From Promethearchaeota archaeon (GTDB lineage: Archaea; Asgardarchaeota; Lokiarchaeia; Sigyniarchaeales; SOKP01): a DNA stretch of 64,000 bases. Made by a program: the position numbers and the translations under genes. Below the pieces are notes generated by a model, which saw only the letters and a list, made by a program, of their open reading frames with translations, was not told where the DNA came from and searched no databases. The stretch lies in the NCBI GenBank assembly GCA_008080735.1, contig SHMW01000014.1, forward strand, positions 11,490 through 75,489, written 5' to 3'. Positions 40,159 through 50,319 of this stretch are shown piece by piece (positions within the stretch are counted from its first letter, which is position 1; each line of letters begins with the position of its first letter).

Positions 40159-41058
40159 GTGAATATTGAATATATTAGAAATTTTATTGCACTTACTAAA
40201 TACAGAAGCTTCTCAGAATTAGCGAATACTTTATCCATCTCCCAGAGTACCTTGTCTCACAGGATATCACAATTGGAAGAAGAATTAGGAAATGTACGAT
40301 TAATCCATAGAACAACAAAATCATTTGAATTAACGCAGCAAGGGAAGATTTTTTTGGAATATGGGCAAAAAATTATTTCCTTGTATGATAAAGTTATCCA
40401 AGAGTTGAACGCATTTGGGGAGAGTATTATTGAAGAGATCACCATAACTACCTCCAAATTACCAGGATCTCAGATCCTTCCAAAATATATTGCTCAATTT
40501 AAGACTCAAAATCCCCGTGTTAGTTTCAAAACCCTTATTAATAATTCTAAGAAATCAATCAATTTATTGAAAAAAGGGAGCGCGGATTTTGGGGGGGTTG
40601 GCAGTTTTATGGAGAATGAGAAAGACCAATTCGATTTTATAGAGATAGGTGAGGATGAGATGTTTTTTATTTGTTCCCCAAACCATGAACTTATCCAGCA
40701 GGGGGGTAAAGAAGTGAGTTTCGATCAACTCAAAAAATATCCATTTATTTCACGCGAGCTTGGATCAGGTACCAGGCATACGTTCGAGAAGAAGTTTCCG
40801 AGGAATAATGAACTTAAGGTGAAATTAGAAATAAACGATAATGATTCTATTATCTCTGCCGTAAGCGGGAGTGATTATATTTCGGTCTTGAGCAAGAAGA
40901 TTGCTCAAAAAGCTGAAGATGCTGGATTAATTTCCACCTTACACTTGAAAAACTATCCCATAGTTGCCAGACGAGAGATTTTTTTTTTAAAAGTAAAAAA
41001 TAAAGAATATAGTAATTTGAAAAATAAATTTTGGAATTATTTGAAGAATTCTCTGTAA
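40159..41058 (+). CDS. LysR-family transcriptional regulator (CysL-like)
   Basis: SFSELANTLSISQSTLSHRISQLEEELG HTH; PFISRELGSGTR substrate-binding motif. Confidence 0.92.
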   Translation: MNIEYIRNFIALTKYRSFSELANTLSISQSTLSHRISQLEEELGNVRLIHRTTKSFELTQQGKIFLEYGQKIISLYDKVIQELNAFGESIIEEITITTSKLPGSQILPKYIAQFKTQNPRVSFKTLINNSKKSINLLKKGSADFGGVGSFMENEKDQFDFIEIGEDEMFFICSPNHELIQQGGKEVSFDQLKKYPFISRELGSGTRHTFEKKFPRNNELKVKLEINDNDSIISAVSGSDYISVLSKKIAQKAEDAGLISTLHLKNYPIVARREIFFLKVKNKEYSNLKNKFWNYLKNSL

Positions 41059-41062
41059 TTAT

Positions 41063-42319
41063 TTATTTAATCAACGGGGTTATTTTATCAAAGTTTAATA
41101 AATTATTCCACTTCTGCTTGAGTGGGTGAAATCCTCTGATAAGTGTGATAATATAAAATCCAAAAAATATCACGGATGCTAATCCTGGAATAAACCCACC
41201 TAAGAACTCTGTGAACCCTGGTCCCGAACCATAGGTAATTATGGTATAGATAAATGAAGCACTCGCAATGAGCACAGAGAATAACGAAATAATAAAGGCT
41301 GATCTTTTACTTAAATACAATTGAATGGGTCCTAAATCTAAGCGGAAATACTTGGGTTGTACAATTATTCCGAGAATTGTTTTACTGATGACATTTTCTT
41401 CATATTCCACCATAACATTAAGAAATCGTCTCTGAGGATCTTTTTGCTTCTTTCCCTTCTCCATTTTTAGGGGCATTACAGAAAAAATCATCACTGGGGG
41501 ATTTACAGCATCTTTGTGCACAACCACACGACCATTTAGGGGGTGGGTTTCAAATCCCTCTCCTTGTATTATGATATTTAACACTGGCGGTTCCTTCTTT
41601 GTTGTTTCGATATGGACGGTCGTGGTATATATCACCTTACCTTCTTCATCCATTATTTTAAGTTCTTCGTGGGAGAGAAATACATAAAATAGATAGCTTT
41701 TCTTCTCCATCATTACTGAATAGTATTGGAAACCCATATTTACATCATAGACAATTTTTTCCTCATCAAAATCATCACTCAATCGTTCCTCATCTCTGCG
41801 TAAAGTTTTTGCTAGATCCTGAGAAAGGCTTCCAGATCCTCCTGCAAGACTGTCCCCTTTTGGTGGAGCACCAGGGGCACTTGGCAAAGCTTCCTCTCTA
41901 TTTCTGATTTTAACTTCTTCTTTTAGCTCTTCGGCGTCGTAAAAAATGGCAGAATCCTTTTTAGTATCAGATCGGATCTTCTTTTTCGAGGGGGGTGCTT
42001 GTGGTTTTTCTGTCTTAGGTATAATCGGGACCTCTGGGATAATTTCTTTTTTAAATTCCATTAATTCCTTTATCTTTTTATTTTCAGAAATACTTTTATT
42101 ACCAAATGCTACTACACTGATTTTTTCCCTATTTAATCCCGTATCTTTTAAGCATTCAGCAATATCGTTCAAAATGGTTTTGAGTTTAGTAGATTTTTTA
42201 TAAAGTCCAACATATGAAAAATTCAAGATTTCGATGGTCAAAGTTTTAGAATTTGTATTATAATGAATTTTATCTATTGTAATCTTAAGCGAAGATAACT
42301 TTTGAGTCATTGTTTGCAT
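41063..42319 (-). CDS. Hypothetical membrane-anchored multidomain protein
   Basis: N-terminal alpha/beta domain, Pro/charged linker, beta-rich domain, two C-terminal TM helices. Confidence 0.7.
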   Translation of the reverse strand: MQTMTQKLSSLKITIDKIHYNTNSKTLTIEILNFSYVGLYKKSTKLKTILNDIAECLKDTGLNREKISVVAFGNKSISENKKIKELMEFKKEIIPEVPIIPKTEKPQAPPSKKKIRSDTKKDSAIFYDAEELKEEVKIRNREEALPSAPGAPPKGDSLAGGSGSLSQDLAKTLRRDEERLSDDFDEEKIVYDVNMGFQYYSVMMEKKSYLFYVFLSHEELKIMDEEGKVIYTTTVHIETTKKEPPVLNIIIQGEGFETHPLNGRVVVHKDAVNPPVMIFSVMPLKMEKGKKQKDPQRRFLNVMVEYEENVISKTILGIIVQPKYFRLDLGPIQLYLSKRSAFIISLFSVLIASASFIYTIITYGSGPGFTEFLGGFIPGLASVIFFGFYIITLIRGFHPLKQKWNNLLNFDKITPLIK

Positions 42320-42490
42320 TAATATCTCACCTTTACAAATAACTATTGATTAATAACTATGAGATGGGCTAGTAATATAAACTTTATTCGAAATTGACAT
42401 TTTTATGATAAGCTGAAAAAAATTTTCCATCTTATATCTTTAAATAATATGAATGCTGAATATTTATTTAATACACTTTAGGGGATATTT

Positions 42491-44065
42491 TTGAGTAATA
42501 AATATATTATTACATATGATCTTGGAACAACGGGAAATAAGGCTGCTCTGTTTGATTTTAACCTTAATCTGATTTCTCAATATAAGGAAGATTATCCCAT
42601 TTATTACCCTCAAAAAGGTTGGGCGGAACAAGAGGCAGAAGATTATTGGAAATCGATGATTCAGACTACAAGATCTCTGCTAACTGATTCGAATATAGAT
42701 CCTGAACAGGTAAAAGCAATTATTTGCGATTGTCAAATGAATTGTACCGTTCCCATCAATAAAAACGGCGAAGATTTGATGCGATGTATAAATTGGCTAG
42801 ATACACGAGCGGCCAATATTACCAAAAAGTTTAGAAAGGGACTGATAAGAATTTCTGGGTTTGGTATTCTTAAATTGTTACGATTCATAAAAATAACGGG
42901 CGGAGCTCCAGGAGTAAATGGAAAAGACCCAATATCGCATATATTATGGATTAAAGAGAAGAGACCAGAAATTTATCAAGCCACATATAAATTTCTTAGC
43001 GTAAAAGATTTCGTGCTATATAAATGCACCAATAATGCGGTCACTTCTCGAGATTTGGGAAATACTTCTTGGTTAATGGATACCAATCTGGATGTGTTGG
43101 ATTGGTCAGATAAGCTCTTAAACAAATTAAAGATCGATAGGAATAAGCTTCCAAAAATAAAAAAATCAACAGAAATTGCGGGGAAATTAACTGAGGAGGC
43201 TGCTACTTCTTTGGGACTCAATTCTGGCATACCCGTATTTGTAGGTTCGGGAGACATTACATCCGCTGCGATTGGGTCAGGAGCGATTAAAGAAGATGAG
43301 ATCCATATTTGTTTAGGTACAGCCGATTGGGTGGCAGCACATACGTCCGAGCGAAAAAAAGATCTTGTGCATTATACTGGATCCATCTGCTCGGCTAAGG
43401 ATGATTATTTGTGTCTCTCAAAACAAGAAACTGGAGCGGCATGCTTAGATTGGGCGCGAGACCAGATCTTCACAGGCGAGATCGCTCAATTTGGGGATAA
43501 CAAGCAAGAATTATATGATTATTTAGATGAAATAGTAGAGAAAGCGAGACCAGGATCTAAAAATCTAATTTTTACTCCTTGGCTTTTTGGAGAAAGAAGT
43601 CCATTGAATGACCCCGATGTGAGAGGAGGATTTTATAATCTTAGTCTTGAACATACTCGATCGCATTTACTTCGGGCTATTTATGAAGGAGTCGCTTATA
43701 ATATCAAATGGGCTTTAGAATATATCGAAAAGTTGGTGGGACAATCGAAAACGATAAATATTATTGGGGGTGGTGCTTTATCGGATATTTGGTGTCAAAT
43801 CTTAGCTGATGTATTGGACAGAGAAATAAAACAAATGAAGGAACCAAATTTGGGAAGTACGCGAGGTTCTGCCGTAATTGCCCTAGTGGGATTAGGAGAA
43901 TTCAAGGATTTTAATGAGGCAACTCATCTAATCGAGATTGAAAAACGATTTACTCCTCGATCTGAGACTAAACCTATTTATACTAAATTATATAAGGAAT
44001 TTTTGAAAGTATATAAGAGAAATAAAAAGATGTTTAAGAATTTAAATCTTGAAAATACACCTTAA
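42491..44065 (+). CDS. FGGY-family carbohydrate kinase (xylulokinase-like)
   Basis: DLGTTGNK, GWAEQ, WLDTR, LGTADW, PWLFGERSP, YEGVAY, GGGALS. Confidence 0.92.
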   Translation: MSNKYIITYDLGTTGNKAALFDFNLNLISQYKEDYPIYYPQKGWAEQEAEDYWKSMIQTTRSLLTDSNIDPEQVKAIICDCQMNCTVPINKNGEDLMRCINWLDTRAANITKKFRKGLIRISGFGILKLLRFIKITGGAPGVNGKDPISHILWIKEKRPEIYQATYKFLSVKDFVLYKCTNNAVTSRDLGNTSWLMDTNLDVLDWSDKLLNKLKIDRNKLPKIKKSTEIAGKLTEEAATSLGLNSGIPVFVGSGDITSAAIGSGAIKEDEIHICLGTADWVAAHTSERKKDLVHYTGSICSAKDDYLCLSKQETGAACLDWARDQIFTGEIAQFGDNKQELYDYLDEIVEKARPGSKNLIFTPWLFGERSPLNDPDVRGGFYNLSLEHTRSHLLRAIYEGVAYNIKWALEYIEKLVGQSKTINIIGGGALSDIWCQILADVLDREIKQMKEPNLGSTRGSAVIALVGLGEFKDFNEATHLIEIEKRFTPRSETKPIYTKLYKEFLKVYKRNKKMFKNLNLENTP

Positions 44066-45041
44066 ATTCGAGTAAATATTCTTTCAAATCTTTATACTCT
44101 TCTAAGTTAATTTCTTCTCCCAGAATACTTTTAATTGCCTCATCCACAATCTTTAAATCCCTATAGAGCTTTGGATCTTGATAGCTTTGATTTGAAATAG
44201 GTTTATTCCAAGGTTTTAATTTAGGGAATGAATTTATTGCCCTCTTCTTCCAGTTGAGACGCTTTTTATATTCGGGTGTGAGCGCTTTAATGGAATTCGC
44301 ATCCCATTTTTGAATAATCCACGGCGCATATAAATTTAATTTGTCAAAATCTAAAGCCAAATCATATCTCCATTCGTATTGGTGATACCAATTGGCAGTA
44401 GAAATATAATTTTCATTAAGCACTTTTTCATAGGGAAAAAATTGCCAGGGACTATCTTTAAGATCTTTTGTTCGGAATAATGTTCCCTCTCCATATTGAA
44501 AGAAAAATCCTTCCTTTTCAAACTTTTTAGGATTCTTATCCTCGAATTTAAGATAGAGTTCAATCTGGGTAATATCTATTGTACTTCCCAATACTTCGTC
44601 CTCATAAAGCTTAAGGATTAGATTTTTTGCTTCCTCTGGATGTACTTTACCAGAAAACACGGGATAAAATATAAAACAATAATAAGATTGATTGGCCTCA
44701 GTATTTCCTCTAAAGATCTCAATCCAACACTCAATTGGTTTTATGTGCACGTTAGATCGCCAATAATTAAATAATAATGCGATAGCAAAGAGCGAGCTTA
44801 TAATGATTACAGCAATAAAAAGTGGAATACTAAAAAATATGGAGGAGATCAATACAGATATCGCAATATAGATTAATAGCCCCCCAATGATAAAAAAGAA
44901 TCCAATTAATGAGTTATAAGATTCGGGTTCTTTATCTTCTTTAGAAAATAGAATTTTAGGAGCATTATCAGTAATAATTTTAATTCCAAATTGACTTACA
45001 AATTGCTTGAAATTGACTCTCGTCCATTCAGATTCTGACAT
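44034..45041 (-). CDS. Hypothetical membrane protein
   Basis: Two N-terminal TM helices followed by an aromatic-rich soluble domain. Confidence 0.65.
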   Translation of the reverse strand: MSESEWTRVNFKQFVSQFGIKIITDNAPKILFSKEDKEPESYNSLIGFFFIIGGLLIYIAISVLISSIFFSIPLFIAVIIISSLFAIALLFNYWRSNVHIKPIECWIEIFRGNTEANQSYYCFIFYPVFSGKVHPEEAKNLILKLYEDEVLGSTIDITQIELYLKFEDKNPKKFEKEGFFFQYGEGTLFRTKDLKDSPWQFFPYEKVLNENYISTANWYHQYEWRYDLALDFDKLNLYAPWIIQKWDANSIKALTPEYKKRLNWKKRAINSFPKLKPWNKPISNQSYQDPKLYRDLKIVDEAIKSILGEEINLEEYKDLKEYLLEFKVYFQDLNS

Positions 45042-45096
45042 AATAATCTATCGATTCTTTTTCATATAAATAATTTGTCTATTTCAATAAGAATTG

Positions 45097-45120
45097 AAAA
45101 ACAAAAACAAAAACAAAAAC
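45097..45120 (+). repeat. (AAAAAC)4 microsatellite
   Basis: Four exact copies in the divergent intergenic region upstream of the helicase. Confidence 0.8.
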
Positions 45121-45188
45121 AAATAAAAAAATCGGCGCTCCTTGATATTTTTAATTGGAATTATTAATTATATAACTTGAAGAGATAA

Positions 45189-47498
45189 ATGGTTGACTTC
45201 GACGAATTTGTTAAAACTATAAAGTCTGAAAATTATTACGACGAGCAGATCGCCTATGTACAGCATATCCCCAAAAAAGAACCAAAATTCGGAAATCTTG
45301 ATAAACCATTAAAATCAAGACTCCAAAAATGGTTAGTTCATAATAATATAGACATCTGGGCTCATCAAGCGAAAGCGATTAATGCTATACGGGAAGGAAA
45401 AAATACTGTAATCTCCACCTCGACTGCCTCTGGAAAATCGTTATGCTATAATTTATCAGTTCTCCAATCAATAATAGAAAACCCCAAAACTACCGCCATT
45501 TATGTTTTTCCCACGAAAGCCCTATCTCGAGATCAATACCATACCCTTCAAAATTTACTCTCTCAAACGAAAATTAAAGAATCACGAGTAGGGTTGTACG
45601 ATGGAGATATCGAATCAAATGAGAAGCGAAAAGTATTAGCAAATGCGAATATTATAATTACCAATCCATACGGACTTCATTTCTATTTACCATGGTTTAA
45701 ACGTAAATGGGGAAGAATTTGTCAAAATCTCAAATATATTATCTTGGATGAGATACATATATACCGCGGGATATTTGGCTCAAATTTTGCCCTTCTTATG
45801 CGGAGATTGAAACGTATATTAGAAAATTATGGAGTTAAGCCCACGTGGATATTATCGAGCGCCACAATTAATAACCCTCAACAATTCGCGGAAAAGCTAG
45901 TGGGAGAGAAGTTCACCGTTATTGATGAGGATGATTCTCCCTCAGGAGCGAAAAAAGTCATTTTATGGGATTTACCTTACGATGAATATTCCGAAAAATA
46001 CCGCTCAGCCCATCAAGAAACTAAAAACTTATTTATTACTCATTTAAAGCACAATATTCAGACACTCACCTTCACATTATCCCGAAAAATGGCTGAACTC
46101 CAGGCAATATGGACTAGAGAGGCGCTCCCTACCATTCGAGAACAAATTCATAGTTATCGAGCGGGGATCAGTAAACAAAAAAGAAGGTTAATAGAACGGA
46201 ATTTTAAAAATAAAAATATATTAGGTATTAGCTCGACAAATGCCTTAGAATTAGGAATCGATATCGGAACTCTTGAAGCCACGATATGTTCCGGCTTTCC
46301 AGGAACCTTATCCAGTTTTTGGCAGCAGATCGGAAGATCTGGGCGGGGTGAGGAATTATCCCTCTCAACTTTTATTCCTATGGAAAATCCGTTGGATCTT
46401 TTTTACATTCATAATCCAGATATTCTTTTCGGTCCCATCCAAGAAGAGATACTCATCTCTCTTAAAAACAAATATATTCTAAAAAATCATCTTTCATGCG
46501 CAGCAAAAGAACGACCTTTAGAAATGGATGAATATAGCAAGTTTGGAATTACTGAGAAGGAATTATATACTGATTGTTTAAAGGAACTTCTGGAAGAGGA
46601 TTTAATGATGAAACGCGGAGGGAAATTCTACTGGAAAGGGACCTTCTATCCTAATCAGAAGTACAGCTTAACCGATCTCTCCAATAGAAGCTATAAAGTG
46701 ATTTTAAAAACCCCATTAAAAGAATATTTGCTCACCAGTGAGGATGAGAGCTATGTGTTTCGGGATTTACATCCTGGAGCGGTTTATTTATATGAGGCTG
46801 AAACATTTGTTGTAGAAGAGCTTGATTTAGAGGAGCGAAAAGTATACATATCTAAACAGAAAGTGGATTACTACACCCAATCACTAAAGCATACCGATAT
46901 AATGGTTCTTGAAGAGACCTTCCAAAATAAAATGGGTCCAAGAGGGGATATTGAAGTGCATTTTGGAGATGTTCGCGTAGAACATGAATATTATTCCTAT
47001 AAAGTTATTGATACATTATCTCAAGAAATTAGATCTCGTCATCCACTTGAAAATATTCCTATCATCGAATATGAGACGCAAGCTTTTTGGTTTTATATCC
47101 CTTTTGAAATTCAAAAGAAATTGGAAACTGAGGGTTTTGATTTGGGGGGCTCCATCCATGCGATCGAACATGCGATGATAGCAATGGCGCCAGCGCTTGC
47201 CCAAATCTCGCGTTGGGATCTTGGGGGCGTTTCGATTGATTTCGATTCAGTCAAACAAATGCCTGTAATATACATATATGATGCATATCGGGGCGGGATA
47301 GGTATTTCAGAACTTCTTTATTTCCATTTTAATGAATTGTTAGATCTTACTTATAAATTAATTGATTCTTGTAGCTGCAAGGCTTCGGATGGCTGTCCAG
47401 CCTGTCTAATGAGTCCAAAATGTGGGAACAATAATGAGCCGCTGGATAAAATGGGATCTCTATTTCTTTTAAGGAGATTAAATAATAATAACCATTAG
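45189..47498 (+). CDS. Hrq1/YprA(MrfA)-family SF2 helicase with DUF1998 (MZB) zinc-binding domain
   Basis: STASGKS, DEIH, SAT, STNALELGIDIG, QQIGRSGR, HAIEH, CSC...GCPAC...C. Confidence 0.93.
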   Translation: MVDFDEFVKTIKSENYYDEQIAYVQHIPKKEPKFGNLDKPLKSRLQKWLVHNNIDIWAHQAKAINAIREGKNTVISTSTASGKSLCYNLSVLQSIIENPKTTAIYVFPTKALSRDQYHTLQNLLSQTKIKESRVGLYDGDIESNEKRKVLANANIIITNPYGLHFYLPWFKRKWGRICQNLKYIILDEIHIYRGIFGSNFALLMRRLKRILENYGVKPTWILSSATINNPQQFAEKLVGEKFTVIDEDDSPSGAKKVILWDLPYDEYSEKYRSAHQETKNLFITHLKHNIQTLTFTLSRKMAELQAIWTREALPTIREQIHSYRAGISKQKRRLIERNFKNKNILGISSTNALELGIDIGTLEATICSGFPGTLSSFWQQIGRSGRGEELSLSTFIPMENPLDLFYIHNPDILFGPIQEEILISLKNKYILKNHLSCAAKERPLEMDEYSKFGITEKELYTDCLKELLEEDLMMKRGGKFYWKGTFYPNQKYSLTDLSNRSYKVILKTPLKEYLLTSEDESYVFRDLHPGAVYLYEAETFVVEELDLEERKVYISKQKVDYYTQSLKHTDIMVLEETFQNKMGPRGDIEVHFGDVRVEHEYYSYKVIDTLSQEIRSRHPLENIPIIEYETQAFWFYIPFEIQKKLETEGFDLGGSIHAIEHAMIAMAPALAQISRWDLGGVSIDFDSVKQMPVIYIYDAYRGGIGISELLYFHFNELLDLTYKLIDSCSCKASDGCPACLMSPKCGNNNEPLDKMGSLFLLRRLNNNNH

Positions 47499-47637
47499 GT
47501 AAAATCAAGTTTATGATTCTGCTTTTCCTATATTTTTTTATCTACCATTTTATAATTTATATTTTAGAAAAATGAAACATATTAATGGATAATACCTATG
47601 ATTGTTAGAATTATAATTCTATTAGATTTAAGAAGGT

Positions 47638-48147
47638 GTGAAAAAGGTGGCTCTTAGTTGGAACGATATCGAGTCTTCCACAATGAATCTAGAAGACTAT
47701 TTGGACTATATCCAGAAACATCCAAAACTAAAAGAAAATTACAAACAATATTCTCCGAATAAAGAAATTTTAGATAAAATCTCCAATATTATTACCAAGA
47801 AAAATGAAAGAGTACAACTTTTGGCGATAGGGGCAGAATGGTGCAAGGATTGTTCCGAGCAAGTACCCGCTATGCTCAAAATCGCAATTTTAATTGAAAA
47901 TAATATATTTCATTTTGAAATTTTATACGGCGTGAAAACTAATCCTTTTCATAAAGAAGATGAACCCCTCTGGCATGAAAAACATTCTCCTCTGGAAGCT
48001 ACCAATCCGAAATTTGCCTTAGAGGCAATACCTACATTCTACTTTTTTACCAAAGAAGGTACACATCTGGGAAGAATTGTTGAGGGTCCACAAGATAAAA
48101 AGACTCTGGAAGAAGAGATATTGGAAATTCTCGAAGAAAATTTATAA
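47638..48147 (+). CDS. Thioredoxin-family protein
   Basis: WCKDC active site and cis-Pro IPTF. Confidence 0.85.
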   Translation: MKKVALSWNDIESSTMNLEDYLDYIQKHPKLKENYKQYSPNKEILDKISNIITKKNERVQLLAIGAEWCKDCSEQVPAMLKIAILIENNIFHFEILYGVKTNPFHKEDEPLWHEKHSPLEATNPKFALEAIPTFYFFTKEGTHLGRIVEGPQDKKTLEEEILEILEENL

Positions 48148-48186
48148 TTTCTTTCCGTCAATAAAGTTAAATGTGGGACTTGCTAT

Positions 48187-50232
48187 ATGTTTTTTATGAA
48201 TAAATTAAAAGTTCAAAGAGTAATCATCTTCAAACACGGAGTCAGTTATTTCATACTTACCGGAAAAATCAAAGGCAACGGGACTTTTGAACTTGAATTC
48301 AAAATAGATGAGATGAATGATGTATTAAAGTCATTATTTGTCTTAGATACGAGCGAAAAAGGATTCGTTTCCAGTATATCGTATGATGCGGCTCTGGAAA
48401 CCTCACAATTACTTAAATCAATTATTATCGAAGTTCCAGATAAAGACTCACTCACTTCTCTTCTCACGCAAATTAAAGGTGCCAGAGTTAAACTCATCCT
48501 TGGAAATGATGTCAAGGAAGTGAAAGGCACAATCATGGGTATTGAATTCAATGAAAAACTACAAAACGAGATGAAACTCATAGAAAAATTGCTGGTACTC
48601 CTAAAAGATGACGATGTGATTGTAAAAATCCCCTTTACTGAAATCTCCTCATTCGACATTCTAAATGACGAGATAAAAAACGACCTTAAGTTCTACCTTG
48701 AGACGATAATCGCTGGCAAAAAGAAGGATAGCAAAAATATTATCATTAATTGTGAATCGGGAGGAGATAATAATGTGGAAAGAGAGATTGTAGCAAGTTA
48801 TATTCGAGAGTCTCCAATATGGAAAACTTCTTATCGGCTTATCATGAGCAAACAACAAGATGCGCGTGAAGTAGCATTGCTTTCTGGATGGTGTATGGTC
48901 GAAAATACTACAAACCAAGATTGGGAGGACATTGACCTTACTTTAGTAGCGGGTATGCCGGTTTCTTTTGTGTATGATTTTTATCGCCCAATATTTATCG
49001 ATCGCCCGAGAGTCGAACCACCAAAAGTCTTAAGCGCAAAACCAACAGATATCGAGGAAGGTATTGCTAATGAACGCTTTAGGGAATATAAGATGGCGGA
49101 AGAAATGGAGGAAGCTGCACCCCCACCTGCAAAAGCCAGAAAAGCTGCCTTTGGGGGTGGGGCTATGAGAGCGATGGCACCCGAGCCTACGGCCCAAATG
49201 GATGATTCAGCCCTTATGGATAAGGTTAAGTCCTCTACGAGGGCGACCACCAAGGATTTAGGAGAATTATTCGAATATAATATTTCGAATCCCGTTTCTA
49301 TCAAACGGAAAAAAAGTGCATTAGTTCCCATTCTTACTGAGGAAATTAAAGCGAAACGAATTTTATTATACAATAAACAAGAACACGTCAAAAACCCTAA
49401 CGCTTGCCTTGAGATTACCAATAATACCAACTTAAAATTAGAACGAGGACCAGTAACCATTGTTTATGATAATAATCTCGCGGGAGAGGCCATTATTCCG
49501 TTTATGAATAAGGATGATACGCGCCTCTTGAATTACGCGATTGAGCAAGCGGTGCTTATCGATACGGAACAAAAAACAGAGAATAAAAATATTCACAAAA
49601 TTTCTTTCGGAGGTGCCTATTGTTATGAATATTATTACACAAACTTGACTAGCATCTATAAGATTAAGAATAAAACCGATGAGACAAAAGAACTATATAT
49701 CGATCATCCGAAGAAATCTGGTTATGATATTATTGAAAAGCCAATAGAGCCCGAGGAAACTGCGAATTATTGGCGATTCAAGCTTACCTTAAAGCCTAAA
49801 GATGCGATTAATTTCACGATTGTCGAGCAGAGAGAAAATTATTCCAGCTATTACATCTGGAACTGGAATAAAGATGATATCCTTAAAAAAGTATCCTTCT
49901 ATATTCGAAAAGAATTCATTGATAAGAAGCTGGAAACTCAATTAACTGATATCGCGGATCTCATAGGAAGGGTAAACCAATTAAACCAAGAAAAAGCTAA
50001 GTTAGAAACGGAGCGAAATACTCTAACCTCTGAGCAAGAACGCCTGCGAGAAAATATAGCCGTTCTGGGAAGCACCACACAAGAAGCATCCTTAAGAGAA
50101 AAATATGTTAAAAAGCTTACAAATCAAGAAAATCGATTTGAAGAGATTCGGACGAAAATTGACGAGTTAGATAAAGAAATTAAGCAACTTAATGCTCAAA
50201 TCGAGAAGAAAATTAACGATTTAAAAGCTTAG
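48187..50232 (+). CDS. DUF4139/DUF4140-type protein with C-terminal coiled coil
   Basis: RVIIFKHGVSYF, SYIRESPIWKTSYRL, VENTTNQDWEDIDLTLVAG; about 90-aa C-terminal coiled coil. Confidence 0.8.
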   Translation: MFFMNKLKVQRVIIFKHGVSYFILTGKIKGNGTFELEFKIDEMNDVLKSLFVLDTSEKGFVSSISYDAALETSQLLKSIIIEVPDKDSLTSLLTQIKGARVKLILGNDVKEVKGTIMGIEFNEKLQNEMKLIEKLLVLLKDDDVIVKIPFTEISSFDILNDEIKNDLKFYLETIIAGKKKDSKNIIINCESGGDNNVEREIVASYIRESPIWKTSYRLIMSKQQDAREVALLSGWCMVENTTNQDWEDIDLTLVAGMPVSFVYDFYRPIFIDRPRVEPPKVLSAKPTDIEEGIANERFREYKMAEEMEEAAPPPAKARKAAFGGGAMRAMAPEPTAQMDDSALMDKVKSSTRATTKDLGELFEYNISNPVSIKRKKSALVPILTEEIKAKRILLYNKQEHVKNPNACLEITNNTNLKLERGPVTIVYDNNLAGEAIIPFMNKDDTRLLNYAIEQAVLIDTEQKTENKNIHKISFGGAYCYEYYYTNLTSIYKIKNKTDETKELYIDHPKKSGYDIIEKPIEPEETANYWRFKLTLKPKDAINFTIVEQRENYSSYYIWNWNKDDILKKVSFYIRKEFIDKKLETQLTDIADLIGRVNQLNQEKAKLETERNTLTSEQERLRENIAVLGSTTQEASLREKYVKKLTNQENRFEEIRTKIDELDKEIKQLNAQIEKKINDLKA

Positions 50233-50319
50233 GAATTTTTCTACTTAATTTTATTAAAAATTAAAACTGAGATTCACCAAATATCGATAAAGAAATTAAA
50301 CACTTTTTTTTGTATTTTT

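Noticed and set aside
39395-48147. Selenocysteine in TusA, DsrE or thioredoxin
   Set aside because: All active-site positions are ordinary Cys codons in uninterrupted ORFs.
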